NCBI GenBank assembly: GCA_964016885.1
Contig: OZ024741.1
Coordinates: 324,384,001 to 324,448,000 of the forward strand
Reading direction: 5' to 3'
Length of the DNA: 64,000 nt
From: Eledone cirrhosa
Lineage: Eukaryota
Of the stretch, positions 62,016 through 64,000 are shown piece after piece. Numbering within the stretch: position 1 is the first letter of the stretch; each line of letters starts with the position of its first letter. The notes beneath the pieces were generated by a model that saw only the letters and a list, made by a program, of their open reading frames with translations, did not search any database and was not told where the DNA came from. Position numbers and translations under genes: made by a program.

Positions 62016-64000
62016 CAGGCAATAAGATGGTTCAATAACATTAGGGACAAAAACAATCTTCTTTTATTCAATTCGATATAGATGAATACTATTCCTCTAT
62101 TTCACCCGAAACCCTGCATAAGGCCCTCTCTTTCGCTAAGACTAACTCGGACATCACAAACGAGGAAATTAATATTATACTTGAAGCTAGACGCACAGTA
62201 GTGCACTTTGAAAATAGTTATTGGGTCCGCAGGGATAGACCCTCGGAATTCGACATTACGATGGCTTCTAATGATTCGGCGGAGGTCACGGATTTGGTTG
62301 GGATCTATATAGCCCATAGACTCCAGAGCGAATTTACGGACCTCCACGGCGGAATATACCGCGACGATACACTTCTATTAGTCAAGAATATGAACAAACA
62401 AAACCTAGAAAGGCGACGTAAAAACATTAGGAAACTTTTCTTAGAACTAGGGCTTAATATTACCTTTGAACACAATCTTAAGGTGGTCAACTTCTTGGAT
62501 GTTACCTTCAACCTTAATAACGGTAATATAGAGCCATTTCACAAACTTAATGAAAATCTTAAGTACGTTAATGTAAAATCGAACCATCCTCATTCCATTA
62601 TTAAATCTATCCCTAAAAATATATCCATAAGGATCTCCCGACTGTCGTCTAATTTGCAGACCTTCAACGAGCATGCTGAATATTATAATGACGCACTTAG
62701 AAAAGCTGGTTACTGCGAGAAAATTGAATATCTAGACGATAACCACATAAGTACTATGAATAAAACACTTCTAAGTCGAACTAGTATTGCACCACACACA
62801 CACATCAATAGGCATACTAACAGGTGCAAACCAGCAAATAGAGTCAGACGTAGAGAGTACATATGGTATAACCCCGTGTACAATTCTTCTATTAGCACTA
62901 AGATTATCTCACAATTCTATACACTAATCAATAAACACTTTACAACTTCACATAAATACTATAAAATCTTTAACTCGCGCACCATTAGACTCTCATACTC
63001 CACTGCACCTAACATAGAACAACTAATTAGAAAACTCAACTCAGCAATACTGAATAAGTACATCCCTAATGACTCAGCGCACCAGCATAGCAACATGCAA
63101 CGCACTAACACGCAACCACAACCCCACCAAACTATCCAGGATTCTACTGCAAAACATAAAAATAGTTGTAACTGCACCAAACCAGGTACGTGCCCACTGA
63201 ATAACCAGTGCCTAGCACGCAATATTGTCTACCGGTGTACAATAAATTCCGGGACCAACAAATGGTATTACGTCGGATGTACCGCAACTTCTTTCAAGGC
63301 TCGCCTATACCAACATCGATCTTCGATCAGGCACGAGAAAATGCGCTCCGTAACAACCCTCGCCGATAAAGCCTGGCAGCTTCGGAGGAACAATCAAGTG
63401 TTCTCCCTTGATTGGCAAATTATTGCAGCTGCGCCTGCATATCAGCAAAATCATCGATTCTGCAAGTTATGCAATTTAGAGATATACTGCATTTTAACGT
63501 CGGTAAACAAACTTTTGAACAGCAAAATTGAACGTTCTCTATACTGTAACCATCGTTTGAAAACGACTTTTTCTTTTTTTAAATGCATATAATGTTACCT
63601 TTTTACACCAACGTTTGCAAATTTCTGTCTTATATGTTTATACACTAGATATGGCTTTCTATAATAATAGTACTAAACACTGTTTTTCTGGACCCCTTTA
63701 GAAATAACCTGCTACTATAATAGCCCTAATAACTTGTCTGTGACATTGTACCACTTTGACCCCTCTAACTAAATTTTGTCCGAACAACACCACTAGAAGT
63801 ATCTACTTCCCAGCCAACCTTAGCACGCCTCATTAAGCTAACTGCTGCCAAAACATTCTCTCTTCACAATCTCTACTAGTCTGACAGTCTTAAACCCTAA
63901 GACTCCCTCCACCTTACTCACTTCCCTCTTCCCCTTCTCTTCCTACCTCCTTCTTTATCTTTTATCTAGTGTATAAAATATTTTCATATCATTCCAATAC
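62016..64000 (+). mobile_element. 5'-truncated Penelope-like element; 3' region runs off the window
   Basis: Starts after (TA)n with QAIRWF and a frameshifted QFDI (RT motif A), followed by the long ORF. Confidence 0.92.
62201..63592 (+). CDS. PLE reverse transcriptase (C-terminal part) + GIY-YIG endonuclease, N-terminally truncated
   Basis: FDITMASNDSAEVTDLVG, IYRDD, VNFLDV, SNHP, IWYNP, IVYRC...WYYVGCT..FKARLYQH, CKLC and CNHR in one uninterrupted 463-aa frame. Confidence 0.9.
   Translation: MHFENSYWVRRDRPSEFDITMASNDSAEVTDLVGIYIAHRLQSEFTDLHGGIYRDDTLLLVKNMNKQNLERRRKNIRKLFLELGLNITFEHNLKVVNFLDVTFNLNNGNIEPFHKLNENLKYVNVKSNHPHSIIKSIPKNISIRISRLSSNLQTFNEHAEYYNDALRKAGYCEKIEYLDDNHISTMNKTLLSRTSIAPHTHINRHTNRCKPANRVRRREYIWYNPVYNSSISTKIISQFYTLINKHFTTSHKYYKIFNSRTIRLSYSTAPNIEQLIRKLNSAILNKYIPNDSAHQHSNMQRTNTQPQPHQTIQDSTAKHKNSCNCTKPGTCPLNNQCLARNIVYRCTINSGTNKWYYVGCTATSFKARLYQHRSSIRHEKMRSVTTLADKAWQLRRNNQVFSLDWQIIAAAPAYQQNHRFCKLCNLEIYCILTSVNKLLNSKIERSLYCNHRLKTTFSFFKCI

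Overview
Repeat-saturated, AT-rich animal genomic DNA with no recognisable host gene. The SINE families and (TA)n/(TAC)n content suggest an octopus/cephalopod genome (inference). It is a transposon mosaic: six Penelope-like element (PLE; RT and/or GIY-YIG) copies or fragments, a full-length but degenerate L1/Tx1-type LINE plus a 3' fragment, R4/Dong-, CRE- and RTE-like LINE relics, a Tc1-family element with DD36E spacing, a mariner relic, a probable non-autonomous Helitron, a young non-autonomous LTR element (366-bp LTRs, tRNA-Trp PBS, TATG TSD), tRNA-derived SINEs and many micro/minisatellites. The main hidden signal is about 25 type-I hammerhead ribozyme (HHR) motifs, found by eye on both strands. 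They occur (i) at PLE 3' ends, (ii) in small non-coding, often fold-back cassettes inserted in or near (TA)n tracts, and (iii) once per unit in a near-identical 422-bp x ~5.5 tandem array (59683-61992) that resembles a non-LTR retrozyme and could yield self-cleaved 422-nt monomers or circular RNAs. All structures were paired manually; no folding software or database search was run.
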